From a virus, in IMG/VR virus record IMGVR_UViG_3300025684_000011: a stretch of 64,000 nucleotides of DNA, one strand, 5' to 3'. Every line of letters starts with the position of its first letter. Within the stretch, counting starts at the first letter, position 1. Below are positions 10,600-19,717 of this stretch, piece after piece. Both the position numbers and the translations under genes were made by a program. The notes beneath the pieces are model-generated. The model saw nothing but the letters and a program-made list of their open reading frames with translations, did not search any database and was not told the DNA's origin.

Positions 10600-10830
10600 A
10601 TGAGTGATAATTCAGGAGAAATGTTAGCAGAAATATGGGTAGCATTAAAACCTTACCTTGATAAAAAAGATAGACCAGATGCCGCACAGGCATTTGTACG
10701 AGTTTCAGAAGAGTATATTAACCTAGAAATTCATAGAGAAGAACTAAACGAAGCAGGAACAGAAATTAATCATGCATTAAATGAATTACTAGGCGAAGAT
10801 GATGAGGATTTTGAAGAAGAGGACTACTAA
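10600..10830 (+). CDS. small acidic hypothetical protein
   Basis: GGAG RBS; abuts uvsY. Confidence 0.7.
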   Translation: MSDNSGEMLAEIWVALKPYLDKKDRPDAAQAFVRVSEEYINLEIHREELNEAGTEINHALNELLGEDDEDFEEEDY

Positions 10831-11292
10831 ATGAGTACATGGTATAGAAAAGTTCAGTCAGATATCACACATTTACCAAATTGCATAGGGCATTTTGAGA
10901 ATGAGATAGCTGAAGCCCGTAAAGAGCTAAAAATGAACGGAAGTCTCGAAAAAGCAAGTAGGGAAATGCCAGGACAGGTAGAATGGAGGTTTAATCAGCT
11001 ACAAGAAATTGAAGCAATTCTCGAACATTTGAATATTGAGCTTAGAAAAGTACGATCTGCTAAATTTAGGCAGTTTACAGAGCATTACAACCGTACATTA
11101 AGCAGTCGAGACGCAGAAAAGTACACAGATGGGGAGCCAGAAGTAGCACAGATGGAGAATCTCATCAATGAATTTGCATTGTTGAGGAATAAGTTCATAG
11201 GACTTACAAAAGCCTTAGATGCAAAGTCGTTTCAGATCAATAATATTACTAAATTACGGGTTGCTGGACTAGAAGACGTAGAATTACGTTAA
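10831..11292 (+). CDS. uvsY: recombination mediator, UvsY-like
   Basis: Helical 153 aa; YNRTLSSRDAEKYTDGE and K.FQINNI.KLR.AG; context with uvsX/uvsW. Confidence 0.8.
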   Translation: MSTWYRKVQSDITHLPNCIGHFENEIAEARKELKMNGSLEKASREMPGQVEWRFNQLQEIEAILEHLNIELRKVRSAKFRQFTEHYNRTLSSRDAEKYTDGEPEVAQMENLINEFALLRNKFIGLTKALDAKSFQINNITKLRVAGLEDVELR

Positions 11293-11348
11293 GTCGTTGA
11301 TTTATAACAGAAATCTTTTTTTCAAAATCGTTTAAAATCAACAACTTA
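11290..11348. repeat. 14-bp imperfect inverted repeat, 31-nt spacer
   Basis: TAAGTCGTTGATTT ... AAATCAACAACTTA (1 mismatch). Confidence 0.75.
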
Positions 11349-11364
11349 GCGGACCAGAAAAAGG

Positions 11365-11393
11365 TTGCTCTTTAGACGTTTATATCTTATACT
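11365..11393 (+). promoter_or_regulatory. sigma70-type promoter
   Basis: TTGCTC-N17-TATACT. Confidence 0.5.
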
Positions 11394-11400
11394 GTATATA

Positions 11401-11559
11401 ATGAGGAAACAGCAACAAAAGGTCATGCAAATGGAAGAAGCAATGAAAGCTAATATCGCACATTATAAAAGTTTAGGCGATAAGGTTGCTGAGCAGAATT
11501 GCCGTAATTTTTTGAAATTATATCAAAAAAACTTACAAAAAAAGCAAAATAATGGTTGA
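11401..11559 (+). CDS. small hypothetical protein
   Basis: In-frame ATG just after the promoter; exact start uncertain. Confidence 0.5.
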   Translation: MRKQQQKVMQMEEAMKANIAHYKSLGDKVAEQNCRNFLKLYQKNLQKKQNNG

Positions 11560-11584
11560 CTTATGGTCCAACTGGTGCTATACT
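11556..11584 (+). promoter_or_regulatory. sigma70-type promoter
   Basis: TTGACT-N17-TATACT with extended TG. Confidence 0.8.
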
Positions 11585-11628
11585 GTAAGTACAATAAGAG
11601 TTCAACCACGCGAAACGAAGGAAAATTA

Positions 11629-12660
11629 ATGTCAGCTTTTATAAAAATTACAAATGGTAAGTATCGCACTTTTACAGTACATAACAAGGTACTGCAATTG
11701 GTAGCAGATTACAACGAAAAAGGCGGTTATGTAACTGTCGTTGCAGATGACTCCTTTGGTGAGTTTGCAGATAAACAAATCCGTGTTAAAGTTAAAAGCA
11801 TGGAAGATATTACTCCTGCTAATGCTGGTGAAGCATTTAACAAGGATGATACTCCTATTAAAGAAGTACATGATGCAGAATATGATGCAAAACGTTTAGA
11901 AGAAATTGCAGAACGTTTTGAGATTCTAGAAGATATGACTGATGCCGCTATTGAAGGTACAGTTCGTGCAATGATTGTTGTAGGACCTCCAGGTGTTGGT
12001 AAGTCTTTTGGTGTTGAACGTACTCTTGAAAAAGCGGCTATGTTTGATAAAATTGCAAATATGGCTCCTCGTTTTGAGGTTGTTAAAGGTGCAATGAGTC
12101 CGATTGGTTTGTATTGTAAATTGTATCAATATTCAAATGCTGGTAATGTGCTAGTATTTGATGACTGTGATAGTGTTTTGATGGATGACTTATCCTTGAA
12201 CATTCTTAAAGCGGCTTTGGATAGTTCTAAAAAACGTATTATTTGTTGGAATACAGATTCTTCAATGTTACGTCGTGAAGGTGTTCCGGATCGTTTTGAA
12301 TTTAAAGGTAGTGCTATCTTTATTACTAACATTAAATTTGATAATGTACGAAGTGCAAAACTTAAAGATCACCTTAGTGCTCTTGAGTCACGTTGTCACT
12401 ATTTGGATCTTACACTTGATTCAGCATATGACAAGATGCTTCGTATCAAGCAAATAATGAGAGATGGTATGCTTAACTCATACAACTTCTCAGAAGAAGA
12501 AAACAAAATCATTTATGATTATGTTGAATCTAACCAGGACAGGCTCCGTGAGCTTTCACTTCGTACAGTGATTAAGGTTGCAGACCTTTGCAAGATGACT
12601 GGTATAGATGGTAAATGGAAAAGGCTTGCAGAAACCACAGTAATGAAACGAAGCTTCTAA
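11629..12660 (+). CDS. AAA+/P-loop ATPase
   Basis: GPPGVGKS, VLVFDDCD, FITN, ALESR; ATG 11629 after GAAGGA. Confidence 0.85.
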   Translation: MSAFIKITNGKYRTFTVHNKVLQLVADYNEKGGYVTVVADDSFGEFADKQIRVKVKSMEDITPANAGEAFNKDDTPIKEVHDAEYDAKRLEEIAERFEILEDMTDAAIEGTVRAMIVVGPPGVGKSFGVERTLEKAAMFDKIANMAPRFEVVKGAMSPIGLYCKLYQYSNAGNVLVFDDCDSVLMDDLSLNILKAALDSSKKRIICWNTDSSMLRREGVPDRFEFKGSAIFITNIKFDNVRSAKLKDHLSALESRCHYLDLTLDSAYDKMLRIKQIMRDGMLNSYNFSEEENKIIYDYVESNQDRLRELSLRTVIKVADLCKMTGIDGKWKRLAETTVMKRSF

Positions 12661-12671
12661 AGGAGGTATAA

Positions 12672-13109
12672 ATGTTTAAGAAATCACTTTTAACTATTGC
12701 AACTCTAGCCCTTGTAAGTACAGGCGCTAGTGCGGCAGAGAATATGGAGGTAAAGTACAAGGATAAGGTTTGGAAAACTGTAGTCTCTACTGATTCGATG
12801 TCCGATTCTTCTTATTGTAAAGTTACCTCGGTTAAGCGAAAACATATTACTGCAAATCCTAGTATGGTTTATGTTAACACAAAAACTAATGGAATTGTAA
12901 GTTATCAGATACGTTTAGATAGTAATCCAGCACTACCAAAGCAGACTTCTACGGTGCTAGAACGTGATACTGGATTTATTATGATCCCGTCTACCACTTA
13001 TATTGGTAAGAGTAGAATGAGGATTGTAGGTACTTCGGTTAAAGGTAAGTCTATATTCGAAGATGTAGATTTGCAGTCATTGAATATGGCAACAAAGGCT
13101 TGCCTATAA
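12672..13109 (+). CDS. hypothetical exported protein
   Basis: AGGAGG RBS; signal peptide MFKKSLLTIATLALVSTGASA. Confidence 0.75.
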   Translation: MFKKSLLTIATLALVSTGASAAENMEVKYKDKVWKTVVSTDSMSDSSYCKVTSVKRKHITANPSMVYVNTKTNGIVSYQIRLDSNPALPKQTSTVLERDTGFIMIPSTTYIGKSRMRIVGTSVKGKSIFEDVDLQSLNMATKACL

Positions 13110-13148
13110 AGAATATAGGTGTTGACATTCGCGTGGTGGCACCTATTA

Positions 13149-13176
13149 GTACCCTCCTTCGGGAGGGTACCTTTTT
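13149..13176 (+). terminator. rho-independent terminator, cUUCGg loop
   Basis: GTACCCTCC-TTCG-GGAGGGTAC-CTTTTT. Confidence 0.9.
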
Positions 13177-13195
13177 AATTCGGTAAACAAGAACA

Positions 13196-13224
13196 TTGAC
13201 TTTTAAGTCGTTTGAAAGTATACT
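13196..13224 (+). promoter_or_regulatory. sigma70-type promoter (leaderless uvsW)
   Basis: TTGACT-N17-TATACT; ATG 6 nt downstream. Confidence 0.75.
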
Positions 13225-13230
13225 ATTAAT

Positions 13231-14685
13231 ATGTCAGGAATATGTACATTAGAAATAAGAGATGAGGTAAACGTTCGTTTTCACGAGCTATCGCCGAGTA
13301 CTCGACGATCGTGTGAAGCAAAATTAAAATATATGTTGCCTTATGCATATCATGTACCAGCCTACAGGCTAGGAAGATGGGATGGTAAGATTGGATTTTT
13401 TACAGCCGCTGGATCAACGTATTTGAATTTGCTTGATCGAGTTTTACCTATATTAGATAACGAAGGCTGGAGTGTTGAGCTTGTTGATAACAGAATTAAA
13501 CATAGTTTCGAGTTTGAGCAAGTTACCGAAGACACTTTTTCTGGCATTACTTGGCCTAAAGGACATGTTGCAGAAGGACAATCTATTAAACTTAGAGATT
13601 ACCAGATAGAATGTATTAATAGGTTCCTTGCTAACCCGCATGGTGTACAAGAAATAGCAACAGGTGCAGGTAAGACATTAATGACAGCCGCATTGAGCTT
13701 AATGTGCGAGCCTTACGGTAGAACGTTGGTAATTGTACCTAACAAAGATTTAGTTAAGCAGACTCAAGAAGATTATATTAATTTAGGTTTAGATGTTGGT
13801 GTATTTTTTGGTGATGAAAAGGATGCAAATCATAAACATGTTATTGCTACATGGCAAAGCATAAATTCTTTAATTAAAAGATATAAAGATGGTAAGAGTA
13901 ATGTTAGTATTGATATCTTAACAGATGATTTAATTTGTGTTATGGTAGACGAAGTACACATGGCAAAAGCAGATGTACTTCGTACAATGCTAACAGGTCC
14001 TTTTGCAAATATTCCTATTAGGTGGGGTTTAACAGGTACAATACCTAAAGAAGAACACGAATATATTAGTTTAATTTGTAGCCTAGGTGGAGTATTACAT
14101 AGGCTACAGGCAAGCGAACTACAAGATAAAGGTGTTCTGTCAAATTGCAATGTTAAGATATTGCAATATCAAGATAGTGTTGAATATAATAACTATCAAG
14201 AAGAACTGTCGTTTCTTACTACTAACAAGGAACGTATGACAGAGATAGCAAAGAAGATGGATACGATTAGTGATACAGGAAATACGTTGATATTAGTAGA
14301 TCGGATTAAAACAGGTCAGATGCTAGAAGAAATGCTACCTGATTGTGTATTTGTATCTGGATCAATGAAAAGTAAAGATCGTAAAGCAGAATATAATGAA
14401 GTGCAGACACTAGACAATAAGATTATTGTTGCAACATACGGAGTTGCAAGTGTAGGCATTAATATACCTCGTATTTTTAACCTAGTATTAGTAGAACCGG
14501 GTAAGAGCTTTGTAAGAACTATTCAAAGTATAGGTAGAGGTATAAGAAAAGCAGAAGACAAGGACTTTGTACAGATATGGGATATTACTAGCAATGCAAA
14601 GTTCTCAAAAAGGCATCTAGGAAAACGAAAGAAGTTTTACGACGAAGCAAATTACCCACACGAAACACAGAAGGTAAAATATTAA
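13231..14685 (+). CDS. uvsW: SF2 DNA helicase, UvsW-like
   Basis: LRDYQ, ATGAGKT, DEVH, GLTGT, QSIGRGIR. Confidence 0.93.
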   Translation: MSGICTLEIRDEVNVRFHELSPSTRRSCEAKLKYMLPYAYHVPAYRLGRWDGKIGFFTAAGSTYLNLLDRVLPILDNEGWSVELVDNRIKHSFEFEQVTEDTFSGITWPKGHVAEGQSIKLRDYQIECINRFLANPHGVQEIATGAGKTLMTAALSLMCEPYGRTLVIVPNKDLVKQTQEDYINLGLDVGVFFGDEKDANHKHVIATWQSINSLIKRYKDGKSNVSIDILTDDLICVMVDEVHMAKADVLRTMLTGPFANIPIRWGLTGTIPKEEHEYISLICSLGGVLHRLQASELQDKGVLSNCNVKILQYQDSVEYNNYQEELSFLTTNKERMTEIAKKMDTISDTGNTLILVDRIKTGQMLEEMLPDCVFVSGSMKSKDRKAEYNEVQTLDNKIIVATYGVASVGINIPRIFNLVLVEPGKSFVRTIQSIGRGIRKAEDKDFVQIWDITSNAKFSKRHLGKRKKFYDEANYPHETQKVKY

Positions 14686-15191
14686 TGAACATTTTAACAG
14701 TAGACAATGAAACATATGATTTAGATAGACTTCCAACTGAAGTAGACGGAGATTTAAGGTATAGTGTATTAGATTATAGCAATGCCCAGGATGTAGACTA
14801 TCTCTTTATACCTTTGGTATTCTTAGAAAGTTTTTCTTGCCCAGCCGCCGTGCTAAGGATTGGAGAAGCTGAAATTAAAATGCCATTAGACTGGAGTCTA
14901 ATTATAGGAGAACCAGATCACGGAGAACCTGAGATTGTAAATATAATGAGTTTGAATGACAGAGGCTTTAATGCATTTGAGTTTAATCCAGTAACTGGGT
15001 ATAAGGCAAATTGGGTTCCGGTAGAAATTGTAAATGTATACCAAGAAGTAAAATGGTATGTTCCTAAATTAAAGTTTGGTCATATTTTGACTGTACCATT
15101 GAACTCTGGTAAAGGATCTCCTTGTACATTTTTTCTCAAAGAGTCAACAAAGGTTCCTGAAGTACTTGACCTTAACAAGATTTGGTTTTAA
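14685..15191 (+). CDS. hypothetical protein
   Basis: 168-aa ORF coupled to uvsW. Confidence 0.7.
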   Translation: MNILTVDNETYDLDRLPTEVDGDLRYSVLDYSNAQDVDYLFIPLVFLESFSCPAAVLRIGEAEIKMPLDWSLIIGEPDHGEPEIVNIMSLNDRGFNAFEFNPVTGYKANWVPVEIVNVYQEVKWYVPKLKFGHILTVPLNSGKGSPCTFFLKESTKVPEVLDLNKIWF

Positions 15192-15199
15192 ATAGTATT

Positions 15200-15685
15200 A
15201 TGCCAGCAAAGAAAAAAGCATCAGCAGTACATAAAGTTAATATACATGAGATAATGAATGCAATTGATTATCGTAATGGCAATTATTATACTGACTTAGA
15301 TGATGAAAGTAAGAAGTCTGTTAGTACATATATGGCACAACGTTGGGCGAGCCAGGTACAAGGATCGCAAGAAATACAGGAACATTACTTGCTAATGGTT
15401 AACGATTTAAGCAATATTGATTATATTGCAACTACTAGCGGACATGAAGAATTACGTTATAGAGTTTTAGCATTAATTGGATTAGGACAAAAACTAAGGC
15501 ATGAATTTGTTCCGCCTAAAGGAGCAAAAAAAGATAAACTCAGAGAATGGCTTTTAGAGTTATTGCCTCATTGTAATGATGACGAGGTAGAATTGTTTAG
15601 AGAAATTAACGACTCATCGGTTCTACAGGATATTGCAACGGCTAAAAACACGTCAGATAAAAAGTTAAAGGATTTGTTTAAATAA
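15200..15685 (+). CDS. hypothetical replication-region protein
   Basis: ATG 15200 lies 5 nt after TAAATA. Confidence 0.65.
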   Translation: MPAKKKASAVHKVNIHEIMNAIDYRNGNYYTDLDDESKKSVSTYMAQRWASQVQGSQEIQEHYLLMVNDLSNIDYIATTSGHEELRYRVLALIGLGQKLRHEFVPPKGAKKDKLREWLLELLPHCNDDEVELFREINDSSVLQDIATAKNTSDKKLKDLFK

Positions 15686-15687
15686 GC

Positions 15688-16359
15688 ATGGGAAACGAAT
15701 ATCAGTGTAAATACTGTATGAAGAAGTTTGCTAGGGAACGTACTCTATCAAGCCATATGTGTGAAAAGAAAAGAAGGTGGATGTCAATAGATGAACCTTC
15801 ATCTAGAATTGCTTTTCAAGTTTGGTACGACTTCATGAAGTATGTTGCTCCACAAACAAAGAAAGAAAGAAGCACAGACGATTTTATTCGTAGCCCAGAT
15901 TATATAGGTTTTGTAAAGTTTGCTAATTACATTATAGAACTTAGACCCAATGAAACAAATAAATTTATTAAATGGTTGTTTAAGCATAGTGTTAAACTTA
16001 GCAACTGGAATAAGAGAGAAACGTATTCTCTTTATATACAAGAAAGTAGTAAGACAGAAACGGTTGAACGAGCAGTAGAACGCATGGTGTTGTTAATGAA
16101 GTCATGGAGCGAAGAAACCGGAAATTCTTGGGAACAATACTTCCAGGAGGTACCAACAGCAACAGCCGTGAACTCGATAGTCATGGGAAGAATTAGTCCT
16201 TGGATCATATATTCGTCTAAGTCTGCACAAGATTTATTAGATAGAATGGAACCAGGACAATTAGAGACGATAACAGGGAGCATAGACACAGAATGGTGGA
16301 CAAGAAAAATCCAAAAGAGCCAGACGGAAGTGACTTGGTGCAACAAAATTCTAAATTAA
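15688..16359 (+). CDS. hypothetical protein with N-terminal zinc finger
   Basis: YQCKYCMKKF...L..HMC. Confidence 0.75.
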   Translation: MGNEYQCKYCMKKFARERTLSSHMCEKKRRWMSIDEPSSRIAFQVWYDFMKYVAPQTKKERSTDDFIRSPDYIGFVKFANYIIELRPNETNKFIKWLFKHSVKLSNWNKRETYSLYIQESSKTETVERAVERMVLLMKSWSEETGNSWEQYFQEVPTATAVNSIVMGRISPWIIYSSKSAQDLLDRMEPGQLETITGSIDTEWWTRKIQKSQTEVTWCNKILN

Positions 16360-16502
16360 AACAACATGTTGATAATTTAGAAAAATTAGAAAATAGAATT
16401 ATGCTTTTTGACGAAAAACTTACTATGTTGACACAAGAAATGATTGATATGAAGAACAGGCAAGAAGAACTAATACAGATTATTAAGCAGGGACTAAGAT
16501 GA
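16293..16502 (+). CDS. small coiled-coil protein
   Basis: 69 aa; ATGA overlap with next gene. Confidence 0.55.
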   Translation: MVDKKNPKEPDGSDLVQQNSKLKQHVDNLEKLENRIMLFDEKLTMLTQEMIDMKNRQEELIQIIKQGLR

Positions 16503-17083
16503 GTAGGCCAGACGTAGATATTGACTTTGGTAATCGAGAGGAATTATTGCATATACTAAATGGAGTTCCTGCAATGATTTCTACTAACCAAGGTGCAACT
16601 AAACATAAGACTGGAGTATACTTTCATCCAGTTTCAGTTGATCCATTCACTGGTTGGTGTAACCTAGATCATAAAAAAGCAGAAGATGTAGGGTTCTTTA
16701 AGCTAGACTTACTTAATGTAAGTTTTTATTCTAAAGTAAAAGATAAAGAACAGTTAGATAAATTAATTGCTAAGGAGCCTATTTGGGAGTTATTAACACA
16801 TGATGATTTTTCTAGTCAGCTCTTGCATGTCAACGGACACGGAGATATACTTCGTGCAACAACTCCAACTTCTATTGAACAATTAGCCGCAGTATTAGCA
16901 ATGATACGTCCTGCAAAACGTTATCTTATAAACAAGAATTGGGATACTATAATGAAAGAGGTTTGGGTAAAACCTAAAACTAATGAATATTTCTTTAAGA
17001 AATCTCATGCAACAGCCTATGCTATTATGATTGTAGCACAGATGAATCTACTATGCGAAGAACTAACTAATCCATCTTCTTAA
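16499..17083 (+). CDS. miniature DNA polymerase III alpha (DnaE)-like protein
   Basis: PDVDIDF, KH.TGVY, GFFKLDLL, PTSIEQLAAVLAMIRP, YFFKKSHATAY in DnaE order within 194 aa. Confidence 0.85.
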   Translation: MSRPDVDIDFGNREELLHILNGVPAMISTNQGATKHKTGVYFHPVSVDPFTGWCNLDHKKAEDVGFFKLDLLNVSFYSKVKDKEQLDKLIAKEPIWELLTHDDFSSQLLHVNGHGDILRATTPTSIEQLAAVLAMIRPAKRYLINKNWDTIMKEVWVKPKTNEYFFKKSHATAYAIMIVAQMNLLCEELTNPSS

Positions 17084-17441
17084 CAAGACTAATTTGACGT
17101 CTTTTAGTTCTTTTTACAATTACATTTTCTAAACTAGTTAAATGTCCAGCCAACATTTCAAAATCTTTGGTGGCATATGTTTGTAAGCAATATGAAAAGT
17201 TTTTCATTGTAGTTCTAAGAACAATATTAATTGGTAGTAACCGATTACTTCCCCACCACCATTCTTCACCTGCTTCAATAAATGCTAATTTCTCTTCTGA
17301 TGTTTTTAAAAGGTCATACCGGTATACTGTAACAACAGTATTATCGCTATTTTGTATGATTCCGACAATTTCCTTATCTGCATAGCGAACTAAACTCATA
17401 AAAGGAAATTCTTCTAAAAATTGCTGTATTTTTGTATCCAT
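17067..17441 (-). CDS. hypothetical protein
   Basis: MDTKIQQFLEEFPF start; minus-strand TAAATA at 17453-17458. Confidence 0.65.
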   Translation of the reverse strand: MDTKIQQFLEEFPFMSLVRYADKEIVGIIQNSDNTVVTVYRYDLLKTSEEKLAFIEAGEEWWWGSNRLLPINIVLRTTMKNFSYCLQTYATKDFEMLAGHLTSLENVIVKRTKRRQISLVKKMD

Positions 17442-17503
17442 ATTACTACTTCTATTTAGTAGGAGGACCAGCCGGTTGTTTGTCGTAACTGATAAATAAA
17501 CAT

Positions 17504-18310
17504 ATGGGAACATTAAACTCAACAGTCGCGAAAGCAAACTTAAACTATGCAGGTGCCGGAACTGGTGCTTCGTTAACAAGACATCATGCTTCTTATACAG
17601 ATAGAACTATTAGGTGGTTTCAAGGAGTTGATAATCTATTAGATTTAACAATTTCTGGTAGTGATAGACGACCATTAAGTCTGCTACACAAAGAAGTCAT
17701 GCTTATCCTATGGGATAACTACACCAGCACAACTATATTTAAAAGACGTGCAATTCCAACAGTAGCAGAAAACGGAGAAGCAAGACTAACCATTTATGCA
17801 AGAGATTTAATGACCTCACCACCAGGACGTTATATGTTAAGTGCTACAATAGTAGACGGTAGAGGTCTTGAAACAGCATTAACATGGGATCGTTCACAAC
17901 GGGCTCATTGGGACGTTGAAATTATGGAGGCAGTAGTGCCAATAGGTAGATCTACCTTTGAAATTACAGAATGGCCTCAAGCAGTAACAGGAACAGATTC
18001 GTTTGCAAGTTCATCTACAAACGGTCCATCATATTATAGAAAAGATACCAGTCTATTTTCATCAGCAATATATGCAAGTAACTTTACTGGAACAGTTATA
18101 CTTCAAGGTACTTTAGATGATGTAATCACTGAAGATACTTTATGGGCAGATTTGGTCCCTCAGGATTCAAACACTCCGATAATTACATATACAGGATTCA
18201 CAGGAATTGATCCATTCAATTATTATGCAGGCGTAAGATGGCTTCGTACAATAATCACAACAGATGTCACTAATGCTGGTACATTAGATAAAATCCTAAT
18301 TAGAGTATAA
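17504..18310 (+). CDS. putative virion structural protein (beta-rich)
   Basis: TAAATA-N5-ATG; Thr/Gly-rich; FTGTVILQGTL and WLR motifs. Confidence 0.55.
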   Translation: MGTLNSTVAKANLNYAGAGTGASLTRHHASYTDRTIRWFQGVDNLLDLTISGSDRRPLSLLHKEVMLILWDNYTSTTIFKRRAIPTVAENGEARLTIYARDLMTSPPGRYMLSATIVDGRGLETALTWDRSQRAHWDVEIMEAVVPIGRSTFEITEWPQAVTGTDSFASSSTNGPSYYRKDTSLFSSAIYASNFTGTVILQGTLDDVITEDTLWADLVPQDSNTPIITYTGFTGIDPFNYYAGVRWLRTIITTDVTNAGTLDKILIRV

Positions 18311-18311
18311 A

Positions 18312-18500
18312 ATGAAATTTAAAAAACGTGAATTAACAGACCTCGAGAACCGTCTGGTGGCTTTAGCTACGATACCTACATCTTTAGGAATATATTATCT
18401 ATTTCTTTTGTATATAATACCTTGGTTGTATGAACAATGGCCTATATTACAACATTACTTTTCAATGAAAATAGATCAAAACGGAATACATTTCTCTTGA
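18312..18500 (+). CDS. small membrane protein
   Basis: 62 aa, one hydrophobic segment. Confidence 0.5.
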   Translation: MKFKKRELTDLENRLVALATIPTSLGIYYLFLLYIIPWLYEQWPILQHYFSMKIDQNGIHFS

Positions 18501-18525
18501 CATTCACCCAATAATATACTATAAT
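18497..18525 (+). promoter_or_regulatory. sigma70-type promoter (leaderless primase)
   Basis: TTGACA-N17-TATAAT; ATG 6 nt downstream. Confidence 0.85.
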
Positions 18526-18531
18526 AGTATT

Positions 18532-19491
18532 ATGAATGTTGTAGAGTCTACACTCCGAGGTAATCTTCCTCCTTTAAAAACAAATAGTAGCGGTTGGCTG
18601 ACTATGAATTGTCCTATGTGCATTCACAACGGAGAAAGCCGTCCTGATTCAAAAGGAAGAGGCGGTTGGCGTTTTGATAATGACAAAACAGCATACCATT
18701 GTTTTAACTGTGGGTATACAACTGGTTGGCGACCTGGAAGTAAGTTAGGTTTCAAGTTAATTAAGTTGATGCGAATATTAGGCATTGACGAAGCTGAAAT
18801 ACAACGACTTAAAATTTTGTTATGGGATCAAGTTATTGAGGAAGTAGCAGAAGAAGAACAAGAAGTGTTTAATAAGGAATGGCCAGAAATTCCATATCCT
18901 TTTGAACTAACAGATTTAAGAGACGAGGCTGTTGAGTACCTAACAGGTAGAGGTATATTTGAATTAGCAAAGTGGGAGCAAACAGATCAAATAGGAATGA
19001 AACAACGTATTATTTTACCTTATACAGATAATTCAAAAGTAGTTGGTTATATGGCACGTTGGATAGGCGATCCTCCTAAAGGAACTGCTAAGATGTTAAG
19101 AAAGTCTCCAGATGAATTTGTTTTTAACTTAGATAAGCAACCAAAGAAACGTAAATATACAATAGTATGCGAAGGTGAATATGATGCCTTAGCAATAGGC
19201 GGTGTTGCTATACTATCTAATAAAATTAGCAAATATCAAGCACAACTAATTGAGGATTTAGATACAGAACCGGTAATGTTAGCAGACAAAGATCCAGGTG
19301 GTAAGTCGTTAGTTGAAGATGCAATTAACTTAGGATGGAATGTTAGTTTCCCAGACTGGCCAGCAGGAATAAAAGATGCAAATGAGGCAATATTGCATTT
19401 TGGAAGAGTAGCAACCTTGCAAAGTATATTAATGGCGATTGAACACTCGCCTTTGAAGGTTAAATTATTAATGAGGAGATGGTGTGTATAG
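18532..19491 (+). CDS. DNA primase (T4 gp61-like, Zn ribbon + TOPRIM)
   Basis: CPMC...HCFNCG, CEGEYDA, DKDPGG, KDANE. Confidence 0.92.
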   Translation: MNVVESTLRGNLPPLKTNSSGWLTMNCPMCIHNGESRPDSKGRGGWRFDNDKTAYHCFNCGYTTGWRPGSKLGFKLIKLMRILGIDEAEIQRLKILLWDQVIEEVAEEEQEVFNKEWPEIPYPFELTDLRDEAVEYLTGRGIFELAKWEQTDQIGMKQRIILPYTDNSKVVGYMARWIGDPPKGTAKMLRKSPDEFVFNLDKQPKKRKYTIVCEGEYDALAIGGVAILSNKISKYQAQLIEDLDTEPVMLADKDPGGKSLVEDAINLGWNVSFPDWPAGIKDANEAILHFGRVATLQSILMAIEHSPLKVKLLMRRWCV

Positions 19492-19717
19492 TTTAACGTT
19501 GATCTGGAAAGAAGGACAAAATGATAATGCCTTTTGGGAAGAGGTAATCTTATGGATGACTACAGAATTTGGGTTACCCTCATATAAAGTAAGTAATTGG
19601 AAGGCTACCCCAACGTTACGTTGGGCATATCAATCATCGCTGGACGAGATGAGATTTAAATTCCGTAATAAAGAAGACCAAATGTTAGCAAAACTTAGAT
19701 GGGGCAATGATGGCTGA
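19484..19717 (+). CDS. hypothetical protein
   Basis: 77 aa; GAGGAG RBS. Confidence 0.6.
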   Translation: MYSLTLIWKEGQNDNAFWEEVILWMTTEFGLPSYKVSNWKATPTLRWAYQSSLDEMRFKFRNKEDQMLAKLRWGNDG

